NCBI GenBank assembly: GCA_046563655.1
Contig: CM102285.1
Span: forward strand, 7,564,001 to 7,628,000
Reading direction: 5' to 3'
Length of the DNA: 64,000 nucleotides
Source of the DNA: Yuukianura sp. NJ FZ-2021
Taxonomy: Eukaryota
Positions within the stretch are counted from its first letter, which is position 1. Each line of letters begins with the position of its first letter. This document shows positions 14,401-26,029 of the stretch, one piece after another. The notes under the pieces are model-generated. The model worked only from the letters and a program-made list of their open reading frames with translations. It did not search any database and had not been told where the DNA came from. The translations under genes and the position numbers were made by a program.

Positions 14401-15567
14401 ATGAATTTACGTTTCCTCTTTGGCGTCTCGTCATTTTTGAATTTACGTTTCTTGTTGGCCTCAACGCAAAATCCAAAATGGCGGTTTCCAGCATTCGAAC
14501 CCGCGAAACCTCGACTTCCATTGAAGGCGAACTGTATTCAAGCGACGGTAACTGACAATAGTAATGCGCATTGCAATCACACTAACTTTTGTTGCTGCTT
14601 AATTCCAGAATCTTCATAGATTTTCAAGAATTGTGGGCGGGTCAAAGGTGACGAGAGACGAAGGCTTCATTCCCTGGAGGGTTCGTCTTGGAACTAATCC
14701 AGAAGGATTGCCCATGCGCGACCATTGCGGAGGCACAATCATCAGGTAAATTATCATTTATATGCAGGCTTTTGCCATTTCATAGGAAATTTTGCTTTTT
14801 TTTTGTCATCAGCCCACACTTGGTCCTTACTGCTGCGCACTGTCTTCAACCTTATTCAAAACTTCCGTTCTTCATTTACTACGATACTGTCACTCCAAGC
14901 GAACCGGAGACAAAATTTGCCCAAAGCGACGCCGTCGCTTGGCACCACAAATATGTCGGCAGTGGGGAATCGGCTAACGCAGTACGATTCGAACATGACA
15001 TTGGACTTGTTCACTTTCGTCAACCGCTCAACTTTTCTGGAGGGGTAAGTAAAGCTGCGCAGTTGACTTTGACCTAGTACGCATGCTGACAAACTGGCAA
15101 TACTATTTTCGTTTTAGGCCAAACCTGCTTGTCTCCCGTGGACATTCCATGACTTTCCGCTGAATTCAAGCAAAGGTCATATTTTTAGTCGTCAAGGAGT
15201 AGCTTCTGGCTGGGGCAGCACTTCCCACAGAACTCCGCTGTCTCCACCCACCCCTCAGTCGTGTGACCTCTTGAAAGTGTCCTTGAGCGCCTTGACCTCT
15301 GAAGAGTGTTCGGAGTTTTACCACCGAGTACGTAGTACAGTTTTTCCTCAGCAAACCAATGGAACGCGTGTGACGCTTCCACGCATGGGCTTGTCCCAGA
15401 ATATGTTCTGCGCAGGTCCAGCACACCGACCGGTAATTCCAACAGATGGATTTGAAGGACTTTGTTTGGGTGACTCTGGCGGTGGGTTTGATTATGAATT
15501 TTATGGGAAGACGTATACTGTCGGCATTGTTTCTACAATGTACATGGGAATTTGTGGACTCAAGTAA
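14401..15567 (+). CDS. Secreted S1A (chymotrypsin-fold) serine protease, 3' end uncertain
   Basis: Exons 14401-14547, 14609-14745, 14813-15044, 15118-about 15563. Activation site R|IVGG, HCGGTIIS, TAAHC (His), HDIGL (Asp), GWG, MFCAG and GLCLGDSGG (Ser). Confidence 0.88.
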
Positions 15568-16848
15568 GTCAATTTTAATTTACAAATTACTTCAAGCTTA
15601 CTGTCATGATTGCCAGGGCTTCGTCCCACACCCCTTCAACCGCCTGCGTCATATTCAGAGTAGATCACACACTTCCTGACACAAAAGAAAGCTTTGAACT
15701 AAAAAAAAACAAATTCTATTGAGGGCTATATTTGAACAAAATGATGTGAATGAGGTGCATTTTTTATGAGGCAGTGCATCCCAATGTAATGTTTCAGTTG
15801 AAGTTTCAAAATTCAAATTCTTTCCCAAAGTTATTTCTCACAATTCAAATGCGTCCTAAATCTATTTTCCAGTTGGATTTTTCAAAATTCAAGTTGCATC
15901 TATGCATCCGAAAGTTATGTTTGTTAGACTTCACTGCTTGTCAACTCTAGTAATATCAAACCTTATAACATCTTTTTTATGTTTAGTTTTCCGTCTAAGT
16001 TTATCAAAACTATTCCATACTTGTCTTGGATCCAATCTCATGCCAAATCTACGGGTAAAAGTGTACTAAAATTTTGAATGCGGGAATTTGTCTAAAATCA
16101 CCGTCGTAATTTTTAGGTCACCACCTTGCCACCCAATGCGACTGAAATTTTCGAACCGCGTCTGAAAATTGACATAATTTGCCAATTGCCAAAACTCTGT
16201 ATCAATTTTCTGCAAGAAGCGTAACAACCTGCATGCAGGACGCTTCCCGAGATTAAAGAATTGAATTGAATTGAATTGGATTAATCACTCCGGATATTAG
16301 GCTCATATCCTGCTTCCGGACTTGACTCGTTGTTTCAATTAATTTTTTTTGCGATGTAAATATAGTGACAACTTGAAAGTAGGAACTGTTTTATAATCCG
16401 TATGTAATTCTCAGAAATATTAACATTAGTATTTAGTTGGTTTTAGCAAAAATTCGGAAATATAAATGGGACGGTTCGTCACGCTTTTATCTGGCCAATA
16501 GCATGTGTAACATCAAGAGTAAACAATCAGCCTATCCATTAAACTAAAGGATTAATGATGATTAATCCGTAAATAGGTTATCCAAATAACAACATGGAAG
16601 TGTTCAATTTTCAACTTCATAGTATCAGGAACTGCAGGAAATTTACTGTTGACTCAACAAATTCGAGCAGTAGCATAAAGCTGGAACTGCGCAATAAACT
16701 AAAAGTTTGTTCTTTTAAAACTTCCGTAGTTTACATAAATTCAATACTTCCGATTTCCGAATCGTCCTACTATAAATACATGTTACGCGAATATAAATTT
16801 TAAGAACAATCAGTCACTAGAAAAGTAACAAAATTTACTTCATCCAAA

Positions 16849-18421
16849 ATGGCAAAAAGTACTGCAGTTCTGATTTTGCTTTTTTGCAAATTCGCGATCC
16901 CTGCAACCCCCACTACAATAATCTCAAAGCCACAGACGCAATGGTTGACGGCCAAGGATTCCCGAAATGTCTTTGTGACCTTTGACCGTGGCAGCACTCT
17001 CAAGGTCATCAGAAGTCTCGATTTGGACGCATTGCCTAGCCGAGGGCAGAGAATAGCTACACTAGTTTCAGAATTGAAATTAAACGCCGCTCGCTTCCAG
17101 CAGCCAATCATCGAATTTTTGGAAAAAGAAAACCACCAAGCCGTCACTGTAAAAAGTTTCTGGATCACCAACCAACTATTTATTAAAGGAGCTTCTCAGG
17201 AATTAATTGAAAAGCTAAGAACCTTCACAGTCATAACTAAAATCGAAGAAGAGCAGAATTCTGTGCTGGATAGAGTAATAGATGGCTTTGCCACCGCTCG
17301 ACCTCTTAACAGTGAGCTGCAGTGGGGCGTTGTGAAGGTCGATGCCCCTGGAGCTTGGGCTGAAGGACATAATGGATCTGGCGTCGTCGTGGCAACAATG
17401 GACACTGGAGCTAGAGTCAGTCACGAGGCGCTGAAGGACAACTACATAGGAGACTACGGATGGTTTGACCCGTACAATGGCGAACCGACTCCAGTCGACG
17501 AGGCAGGTCACGGGTCACATATCCTAGGCACCATCGTCGGAAGACGTAAGGTCAAAAACTTATTAGAAATGAATATCTTTTTTGGAAATTTACTTACAAG
17601 GACTTAAATTTTGTAGATGGAATTGGAGTAGCCCCTGGAGCAAAATGGATGACCTGCAGAGCTTGCGTAAGTATTTATAAAAAACAAATTCGTGCTGTGT
17701 TTAAAATTTTATTAAAGTTATGTAACGCTATGTGGGGAACAATTCTAAATTCTGGAAACTTTTGTAGTATAAGGGGTTCTGTACAGAAGAAGCAATGTTG
17801 ACATGCGGCCAATTTCTACTGTGTCCAACGGATGCGCAAGGTCAGAACGCTGACTGTAGTAAAGCTCCGAACATCATCAGCAACAGCTTCGGTGGAGGAC
17901 AAGGTCGTGATCTATTGTGGCCAGTATTTGATGCTTGGCAAGCCGCTGGAATCATCATTGTCTTTAGCAATGGGAATTCAGGTCCATTTTGCGAAACTGC
18001 CAATTCTCACGCCGATGCTCCTCAAGTCATAGGTGTTGGCGGAACGGATACAAATGACAACTTATACGTCAGAAGCAGCGTTGGGCCTTCCGTCTACGGA
18101 ACTTTGAAGCCAGATATTGCCGCTCCAGGAGTCGATGTTGTGTCGGCGTATTACACATCAGACGATGCTTACTACAAAATGTCGGGCACAAGTATGGCAG
18201 CTCCGCATGTCGCTGGTTCAATTTGTATTCTTTTGTCACACACTCCGGGGTTGTCACAATCAGAAGCTTTAGACCTGTTAAGTCAAGGGTCAGAGACCAA
18301 TCTGCAGGTAACAGGGAAAAACTGCGGTGGAATTCCTGAAGATGTTTTTCCAAATCACACATATGGACGAGGTAGAGTCAATGTACTGAAATCTCTCAAG
18401 CGATTACAGGCACGGAGCTAG
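16849..18421 (+). CDS. Secreted S8 subtilisin, bacillopeptidase-F-like, with prodomain (466 aa after splicing)
   Basis: Exons 16849-17545, 17617-17666 and 17768-18421 join in frame (1401 nt). Signal peptide, prodomain, MDTG (Asp), HGSH (His), GIGVAPGAKWMTCRAC, FSNGNSG (oxyanion Asn), KPDIAAPG, SGTSMAAPHVAG (Ser), YGRGRVN. AATAAA at 18496 and 18506. Confidence 0.93.
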
Positions 18422-19249
18422 CCTATGGAAATTTAAGTTATTTTCGATTTTTTAAAATTTTTTGTTATATATGTTAGAGATAATGTCGAGATTCAAATAA
18501 AACTGAATAAAGTTTCTAGAAATTTTTCTTAAGGAACGAATCCAGGGAATGCGAGACTCATGCTGTTATGCATTTGGCAGTGGCATTTTTGGTGTCAAGT
18601 TTTAATTGCGAAAAACGCCCTTCAGAATCATCTATGCATGCACCGCCAAAAATGCGAGAAACTAAGAAATACCTGTGCAAAAGTGACTCTGTGCTAAAAT
18701 CTTGGGCGAAGTAAACTTTGGTCCGCCGCCTGTCCCCACCCGTTCAAATTTTAGCGCTGCTTCCATTGTACCCACCGGGTGGAGACAAATGTCCCTACTG
18801 GGTGGGGACAAATGTGTATCCACCAGCCGTTCACCGAGTCCCTCTAGCGGCTGAAGTGGAACTAGCGATTTCGAGCTGGCAACGTTGTAGCATTGCTCTT
18901 ACCCACCCAGACCCAGGGTAGATGCTGCTGCTTTCTCTGTGTCTCCACTCACGGCTGAAGCTATGCCAGAACATAGGCTTATTTGCTCCGCATTTGAGGA
19001 GAGGAAAGTGGAAACCTGACAGAAAGCTTTTTTTGCACAAAAACGGCACAGTGGGTCCCTCTCTTCACAGAGCAGGGACAACACACAACTCCTCCACCAG
19101 ATACCCTTACCCATCTCAAACGTATGAGGGGAGAATCGACTCATAAATGCACCTAACACACACAAGAACAACATGCACAGACACAACCAAATGTTACAGT
19201 TTTCACACGTCTAACACTTTACACACACGTCTAAAGGTATTACTTTCCG

Positions 19250-19398
19250 CACACCTCTAAGACTTGCATTTCACACACCTCTAAGACTTGCATTGCACAC
19301 ACCTCTAAGACTTGCATTGCACACACCTCTAAGACTTGCATTGCACACACCTCTAAGACTTGCATTTCACACACCTCTAAGACTTGCATTTCACACAC
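19250..19398 (+). repeat. 24-bp tandem array (CACACACCTCTAAGACTTGCATT[T/G]), about 6 copies, left TIR
   Basis: Directly visible. It produces the spurious 8-aa repeat LHTPLRLA in the ORF track. Confidence 0.92.
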
Positions 19399-20367
19399 GA
19401 GAACAACTCTCTCCGCCTACTTTTTTTGTTCGCCTCATCACGTGGTCTGCAGCGAGGGAATCCCACTTGAACACAGATATTTATCTGGTCAGACCCTGTT
19501 ATTTGTGTACGAAATTGTTTGTTTTCATACCTGGAGTTACCGACTTATTAATTAATTACCGACGGATTATTTAATTTATTATAAGATGAAGCTGGTATTG
19601 GACTATTGTGTTGGTGGTTTTGGGCAGTTGTAAGGTACCTGCATTTGTATTGCGTTAGGTGTAGAAACCTACTGACCCACCATATTGCGTTTTTCACTAA
19701 AGATTATTAGTGTTAAATATTTGTAAACTTTACAAATTTAATAGAATATCTGCCGTACTGGTTCTAGCCTTATGAAAACAGTTTTGCCTTAAAATACTGT
19801 ACTTTATCTTTACTTTAAGGCGTTAAGATAGGCATCGTTTCTGTGAGCGATTTAAGCTGAAAAGGTTCAAAGTCTTATTTAAGCGAGAGTGGCTAGGCTT
19901 TGAAATTAAATTGTCATAACTTTTGACCTGGACCAGCAAGAAAGCTACAAATTTCTTGAAACATCCTTTAATATAGAAGCTTTAAGTGCACAAAAGGATT
20001 TCAGAATCTGGACAGTCGTTTTTGAGCTGTAGTGGATTAATTAATTTTTATTATGTATTGATCAACAATGTTCAATTTAATGTATTTTACTTAATTAATT
20101 CGTAAATTAAGTAATTTGGTAGCAATTAGTTCATTTGCTTACATCAAGCCCACTCTGACTGCTTACGTGTCTGGACGAAACGCGCCTTTCTTGACATCCC
20201 AAAATCGCACAAATTCGGCAGGGAACCCGTTCCTGTATTTTCCATCCAAAAAAGACCAGGCGAGATTTACAAATTCAAAATTCAGTGGATTCCCCCACCC
20301 CAATCCACGTGATGAGGCGAACAAAAAAAAGTGGGCGGAGAGAGTTGTTCTCGTGTGAGAAAACTAA

Positions 20368-20514
20368 AAGTCTTAGAGTGTGAAATGCAAGTCTTAGAGG
20401 TGAGTCTTAGAGGTGTGTGAAATGCAAGTCTTAGAGGTGTGTGCAATGCAAGTCTTAGAGGTGTGTGCAATGGAAGTCTTAGAGGTGTGTGAAATGCAAG
20501 TCTTAGAGGTGTGC
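20368..20514 (-). repeat. Inverted copy of the 24-bp tandem array, right TIR, more degenerate
   Basis: Repeated AATGCAAGTCTTAGAGGTGTGTG units, some truncated. Confidence 0.88.
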
Positions 20515-20822
20515 GGAAAGTAATACCTTTAGACGTGTGTGTAAAGTGTTAGACGTGTGAAAAGTGTAACATTTGGTTGTGTGTGTGCATGTTGTTCTTG
20601 TGTGTGTTAGGTGCATTTATGAGTCGATTCTCCCCTCATACAAACGTGTTGTATGATGTCCGAAGCATAGCTTCAGCCGTGTCTCCACTGTATCAAATAC
20701 GACGAAATTGCTGTCTAACACCAAGTGAAGCAACACAACTGCCAGGAATCGCAGGGAGCCAAAAGTCAAACGAGGTTTCAGAAGAGCGTGACGCCATTTG
20801 GTACCTTTACCAAACCAATATA

Positions 20823-20957
20823 TCGGGTGTACCATAAGTCTGTTAGATCTTCCTTTACACAAAACTCATAAGCGACTTTCCACAGCGAGAGGTACAAAAT
20901 GAGATGGAGAAGTCACACAGAGAGAAAAAACATCCAACGGACTTATGGTACACCTGA
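20823..20957. mobile_element. Tc1/mariner-type MITE (135 bp)
   Basis: TIR TCGGGTGTACCATAAGTC / GACTTATGGTACACCTGA with TA on both sides. A diverged relative lies at 51539-51668. Confidence 0.7.
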
Positions 20958-22062
20958 TAGATTCTCTGCTATCAATTCCTTATCCTCTCTTCCCCATACC
21001 TTCCTCTGTCGAACAGTTTTCCAAATAGAACCACTGATATGGTATTGCCCGTTAATTTGATTTTGACAAGCCTCTTTTTAAAATGACCTATAAAATTTCA
21101 TTCCTGTTCTGTTATGTTTAGCCTAGGTTATGTTCAATTAAAAAATTGGTTAGTTAATTTAAATTTGGTTTGTTCAAAATTGGTCTGTTAGTTTCCTTCC
21201 TAACCAAAATGGTAGTTAGCCTGTTGAAGAATATGTAACATTTTGCTTTGTTCAAGGAAATTGTTCACTTTTAAGTGAAACACTTGATGCTGTTCCGGAC
21301 TAGAAGTAAAGTTCCGATCCCAGTCAACTCTACCCTGCTTGCACTGTGAAAATGCACTTTCTCTATTTCAAATTTAGAGGAAACTTCCCGCTCCCTCCGG
21401 ATATGCTTCCTATTAGTTGAAGTCTTTTTTTTTTAATTTAAGTGAAAGTTGAGAAGGGATGAGGAATCTAATTTTGTTAAAGAGACGTGTTAGAGGAAAC
21501 CGATACAATTAAGGAAACTCCATCCCTTCGAGCCATCTGTTTCATAAGTTAAAGCTGTAAAATACTAAAAAAACTTGATAAAATAGTAAAAAAAAAACTT
21601 GATAAAATACTTAAAAAAAAACTCGTTAAAATAGTAAAAGAAACTTGATTAGCAGAAAATTTAACGTCCCAACCTTCACTTTAATTATTGCCAATATTAC
21701 TCATAAATCTTCTCTCTTTTTTTGAAACATCGAAGCAAGCCACCCCCAATTCACCCGCCGCGTCTGCATTTTTTCCTAGAGTGAGGGACAGAGTATTTGG
21801 ATTGGCAGAAAACGTTTCTGGAAGAAAAGGCTCTTCCCCATAAACTATGTTCCTATTGTTCCGGAGACAATGGGAAGATAGAAGGATAAAATGAAGGATT
21901 TAATGTGTCATGTCAGAGGGCAATATGGACAGTGAAACTACTCCGCTATTTTGTGCTATTGCTCCTAACCTTTCATACGGAAAATAAGGTAAAGAACACC
22001 TACGGGAATTGGTTGATTTTGGGCCCATTTAGCTTTCTCGCCGTGTAAATTGCTGGGCCCAT

Positions 22063-22580
22063 GATTCATGTGTACTTACATAACAAAATTGTACTTTTGA
22101 ATTGCACAATTACCACCTGGGTTTTATAGTGCACAAAATCCACTTTTCGGGTTTTTTACATTGCACAAATTCCACTTTTCACGTATTTGCTATGCACAAA
22201 TTCCACTTTTCGGGTTTTTAAATTGCACATGTACCACCTTTCGGGTTTTCACATTGCACATGTACCACTTTTCGGGTTTTTTAAGTTGTACATTTAAACT
22301 TTTGGTTGGCGGACTTAAAAATTTCACAGGTTTTTAGTTTCTGTCATGCACAATTTCAAATTTTAGAATTTGTGCATGGTGCACCTGCTTACTTTTGTGT
22401 TTTTTATATTGTACAATTTCAAAATTGTCGGTTTTTGATGTTGCACAATTTCAAATTATTGAGCTTTCAAGATGCACAATCGGCAACCTTTCGGTTTTTG
22501 TGCTGCACAAATTCCACTTTTTTGTTTTTTGTGCTGCACAAATTCCACTTTTTCGTTTTACTGCTGCACAAATTCCTGTC
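22063..22580. repeat. About 30-bp degenerate minisatellite (TTGCACAAATTCCACTTTTCGGGTTTTT), possibly one arm of a Mutator-like foldback element
   Basis: More than 10 degenerate units are visible. The array starts with GATTCATGTG, similar to the left end (GATTCCATGTG) of the 46584 element. Confidence 0.7.
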
Positions 22581-24792
22581 TTGGGTTTTACGTACTTTAC
22601 CATTCCGAACTTTTGCAACTTCATTTTGTTTTCAACAATTATTAGAGACGCAGAATTGATATTGAGAAGTCGCTGCCATGGGAATTTTTCTAGATTTTAG
22701 GCCATGAGTGTCATCAAAAGTGTCCACGTTCGGAACCCAAATACCTGACATGGAGATCCTGACAACATTATGAAAATTTGAAGCATTACACAGAAGGGGT
22801 CCAGGAGTATCGTGTCAAAATTTCAGCATGTTGTCAGGATCTCCAATTCACTTTTTACGTGGGCCAAGTATGCCTTCAAAATCGAACCCCTTCTTTAAAA
22901 ATAATAGAACCCGGTAAAAGAGCCCGACAAACCAAAAAATGGAAGGAACCAGCACAAAAGTTTAGCCAAACAAACGATGGAGGAGAAGAAGTCCGCTGCC
23001 ATTAAATATTGAACAAAAAACATGCTTTCCACCACTTTCTTATTCTTTCTTTCTGAAAACCAACGCAACCTGCGGCACACTTTCTTCCAAAAGCCCGTCA
23101 GCACATTTCTTTTGAATCTCCATTTCTCCGCCTAAAATTTACATGTGCTTACGGGAGTATGCAGTGGGATGGCATGTTCAAAATGTGAGCCTTTTTTGAC
23201 AAGTGAAAGAAATTCCCCAGCAGAACCAAAACTTTTTGGGAAAAAACAGGCAAAGTCCACTAACACTTCCAAGCTTCTAGGTCTCGTACATGCTTTTATT
23301 TGACTGCATCACGCTTCCCTAGCGGCAAAACAACCAAGCGTTCTTACAAAGTATTATTATGAGAATGACAAACCATGATGACGTTTTAACACAAACTGTT
23401 TCTGTTTGTATGTTCCAAAAGAGCATAACAGAAATGGTTCGCAATTATTGGAAAGGTGAGCAATGGTTTTGAGCAATGGTTGGGAGAAAGTAACGCACAA
23501 AATGGAAAAAGTAAAACTTTTTTACTGCCCGCTCTCCATACTACACAATGAATAGAAAATTGTACTTCCCTCCCCTTCATTCTCCAAGTATGGTGGAATA
23601 CTGTATGTTTTTGGGTAGTGGTAATGATGACGAAGATGAAAGTCCGTCGACCTATCAATCACACTGACATCTAATCAGCACTATGCTCTCCAGCGTTTGA
23701 AGGATGCGGGAACATGCAAAGTATTTTGTAGGTTGCGCTTCAAGTATATGTATTTTTATGATGTCCAAAAACAATTCGTATCTTAAATACTTGACAGTTT
23801 TCCAAAATACAAAACAAAAACCCGACACAAAAAAACTAATTGATTTGGCTTTTTCGGAAACCTCTGGGGATTGATGATATGTGTTGAATATTGGCCGTTC
23901 CTGCGTTTAGAGAGTATGATATAAAACATTTTCTTTATTAAAACAGAAGTTTAAGCTATTATGAAAATGGGAAAATATGTTTAGGTAGGAGGAAACGGCG
24001 GTTCAGTAGATGCGAATGTGACTCCGTGAACGGAGAAAGTTCTGTTGTGGGACATATCCGTTGTCTCGAGGCATGGCATAACCGCCTGCATACTGTTAAA
24101 AGTTAGGTCAATCAGGAAACTAGTCCTGAAAGTGACTAATTACCTTTTAAAAACTTACTTTTTGCTTTGCCGTTTCACCTCTCGCCTTGTTTCCAAAAAC
24201 TAAACAAAGTGAGAAGATGAGCTCGAGCTAAGCTTTCCCCCAAATTTAACCATATGAAAAAGTGAAAGTAGATATTTTCTTCTGTTCCACAAAGGAGTTT
24301 GAAAACTTTTTCATCAAACAATATCAGAATAGGATTGCAGAATTTATCCAATGCAATTTTGAATGTATCCTATGCAATTTTCAGTTTTCTTCTTTGCAAA
24401 ATATGACTTATCCCTATTGCGAATTTCCTGGGCAAAACATTGCCAACCATTTTGTATTGAATGGGTTTATTAAATAAATAGCACGAAATTCCTTCAAGAT
24501 TCTACAAGTGTGAAGGTTTATAGAGGACGCAAAATTTGGTACCAAACGATCACGATGGATTAAAATATCGAGGCAAATTGTAAATTATGCTGTATGCAAA
24601 TATGTATATTAAATTAATGATGCAATAAGCTATTAAACACAATGACGACTATCTTTGTTCTAGCTCCGACACTCACAATTGTTCTTAGCCTTGAGCTGCG
24701 CGTTAATTTAGCAAGAGAAAAATATAACCAAGCTTCTCACTGCTGACTAGCTTACTGAAAAGCGCTAGAAACAATTTCGTCAAAACTTCACC

Positions 24793-25206
24793 ATGGAGCT
24801 CAAACTGGTAATTGTCGCAACCTCAATTTTATTACTTCCATGCGGAGACTGTCACGGTATGTCATAGTCACATTATTCTTATTCAACGTGTTATAGCAGT
24901 AGTATGATAACGAGATACTATTATGCATAGTATAAGGTAAAGTAATATTCACGAGTATATTTACCAATTCATCCTCCCAGTGCAACTCTAATTTTAGAGT
25001 TCAAATGTCCAGCTGTGGACTACTGCAGTTCGCCATGCCTGTTTCCAGATGACCACAACTGCAACGGATATATACAGTGTGTGCCAAACTATGATGGAGC
25101 AATGCATCCTGTTCATTTCAATTGCCGTTCCGGTAAGGAATGGAACGACAACAATAAAAAGTGTGGTGATCCCGAGGAGTCTACCTGTAAAACAAAACGT
25201 CGGTAG
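24793..25206 (+). CDS. Small secreted chitin-binding protein, single peritrophin-A (CBM14) domain, 90 aa
   Basis: Exon 24793-24856 (signal peptide MELKLVIVATSILLLPCGDC) splices in phase 1 to 24998-25206 (EFKCPAVDYCSSPCLFPDDHNCNGYIQC...FNCRSGKEWNDNNKKCGDPEESTC). Peritrophin-A Cys/aromatic spacing. AATAAA at about 25272. Confidence 0.85.
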
Positions 25207-25627
25207 GACACCTTCGGTAGGTAGGCAAATCAAAACGTTATTTACAACAACTAAACACCAAATATGTTTCAAATAAAACATCCAAACAGAAAAAATTGTG
25301 CAGCGGAGGCAAAATTTTTAAAATAGGATGGTGCACACAGTGCACAACTTGGGGAAAAATCGCTTAAAATATTGGCCGCAAATCACGCTCGCGAATTGGC
25401 TTATCACAAATAAGCTATTATATTAATAATAGTATTTCTGGTTTTCTGTCTCTTCATCTGTATGTCTTGTCCGTCCAACTCAACTATCTCAGAAACTACT
25501 GGTCAAATTCGAAACCAAAATCGCACATCACAATTGCAGTTGAAATCGCACGTAAAAAATATGCTAATAGTATATGCTAAATAGTGTTGCGGGATATCCA
25601 CTCCTTCAACACTTCATCCACGGCTAG

Positions 25628-26029
25628 CAGTGTTGCTGGATATCCACTTTTTTGACATTTCATCCACGGCTGGATATCCAGTGGAAGAAATGGACGAAAT
25701 GGATGAATCCAAAAGGGTGGAGCTATACCCAAAAGGGTGGAGTTACACCAGCTGTTTTTGAATTGTTTTAAACATAACGAATAGAATAAATTCAAATAAG
25801 CGCCGAAAAAAACGGAAAATTGTGTTAAAATATATTTAATTTAATGTAATTAAATAATTGATATTTAATTACATTATTTTATAACGTAAATTTATTTAAA
25901 ATTTGCGCTTATTTCCTATAGTCAGCTGATTTCTTCCATCCACCGTCCAGTAGGACCCCATTTCATCCACTGGATATCCAGCTGAAGTGGCAATTAAGCC
26001 ACTGGACGTTTAAGCATCCAGCAACACTG
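25628..26029. mobile_element. hAT-type MITE (402 bp) inserted into an older copy of the same family (about 25582-26397)
   Basis: TIR CAGTGTTGCTGGAT / ATCCAGCAACACTG with a perfect 8-bp TSD ACGGCTAG (25620-25627, 26030-26037). The flanks reconstitute a second copy with TAGTGTTGC...GCAACACTG ends. Confidence 0.88.

Larger units (their letters stand above)
19123..20640. mobile_element. Unclassified non-autonomous long-TIR (foldback-like) element with internal 24-bp tandem arrays
   Basis: 19123-about 19445 is the reverse complement of about 20305-20640 (TATGAGGGGAGAATCGACTC...GAGTCGATTCTCCCCTCATA). It is flanked by direct repeat CAAACG at 19117-19122 and 20641-20646. The AT-rich core is non-coding. 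Confidence 0.8.

Noticed and set aside
16849..18421. Bacterial contamination as the explanation for the subtilisin
   Set aside because: Two spliceosomal introns are needed to restore the frame. It has poly(A) signals and host-like flanks.
19293..20470. ORFs with (LHTPLRLA)n repeats on both strands
   Set aside because: These are translations of the tandem arrays inside the inverted repeats.
19250..20514. CRISPR-like appearance of the 24-bp repeats
   Set aside because: The units are directly tandem with no unique spacers, there are no cas genes, and the context is eukaryotic.
22306..22700. Phe/Cys-rich ORFs of 117 and 101 aa
   Set aside because: They are read-through of the 30-bp minisatellite.
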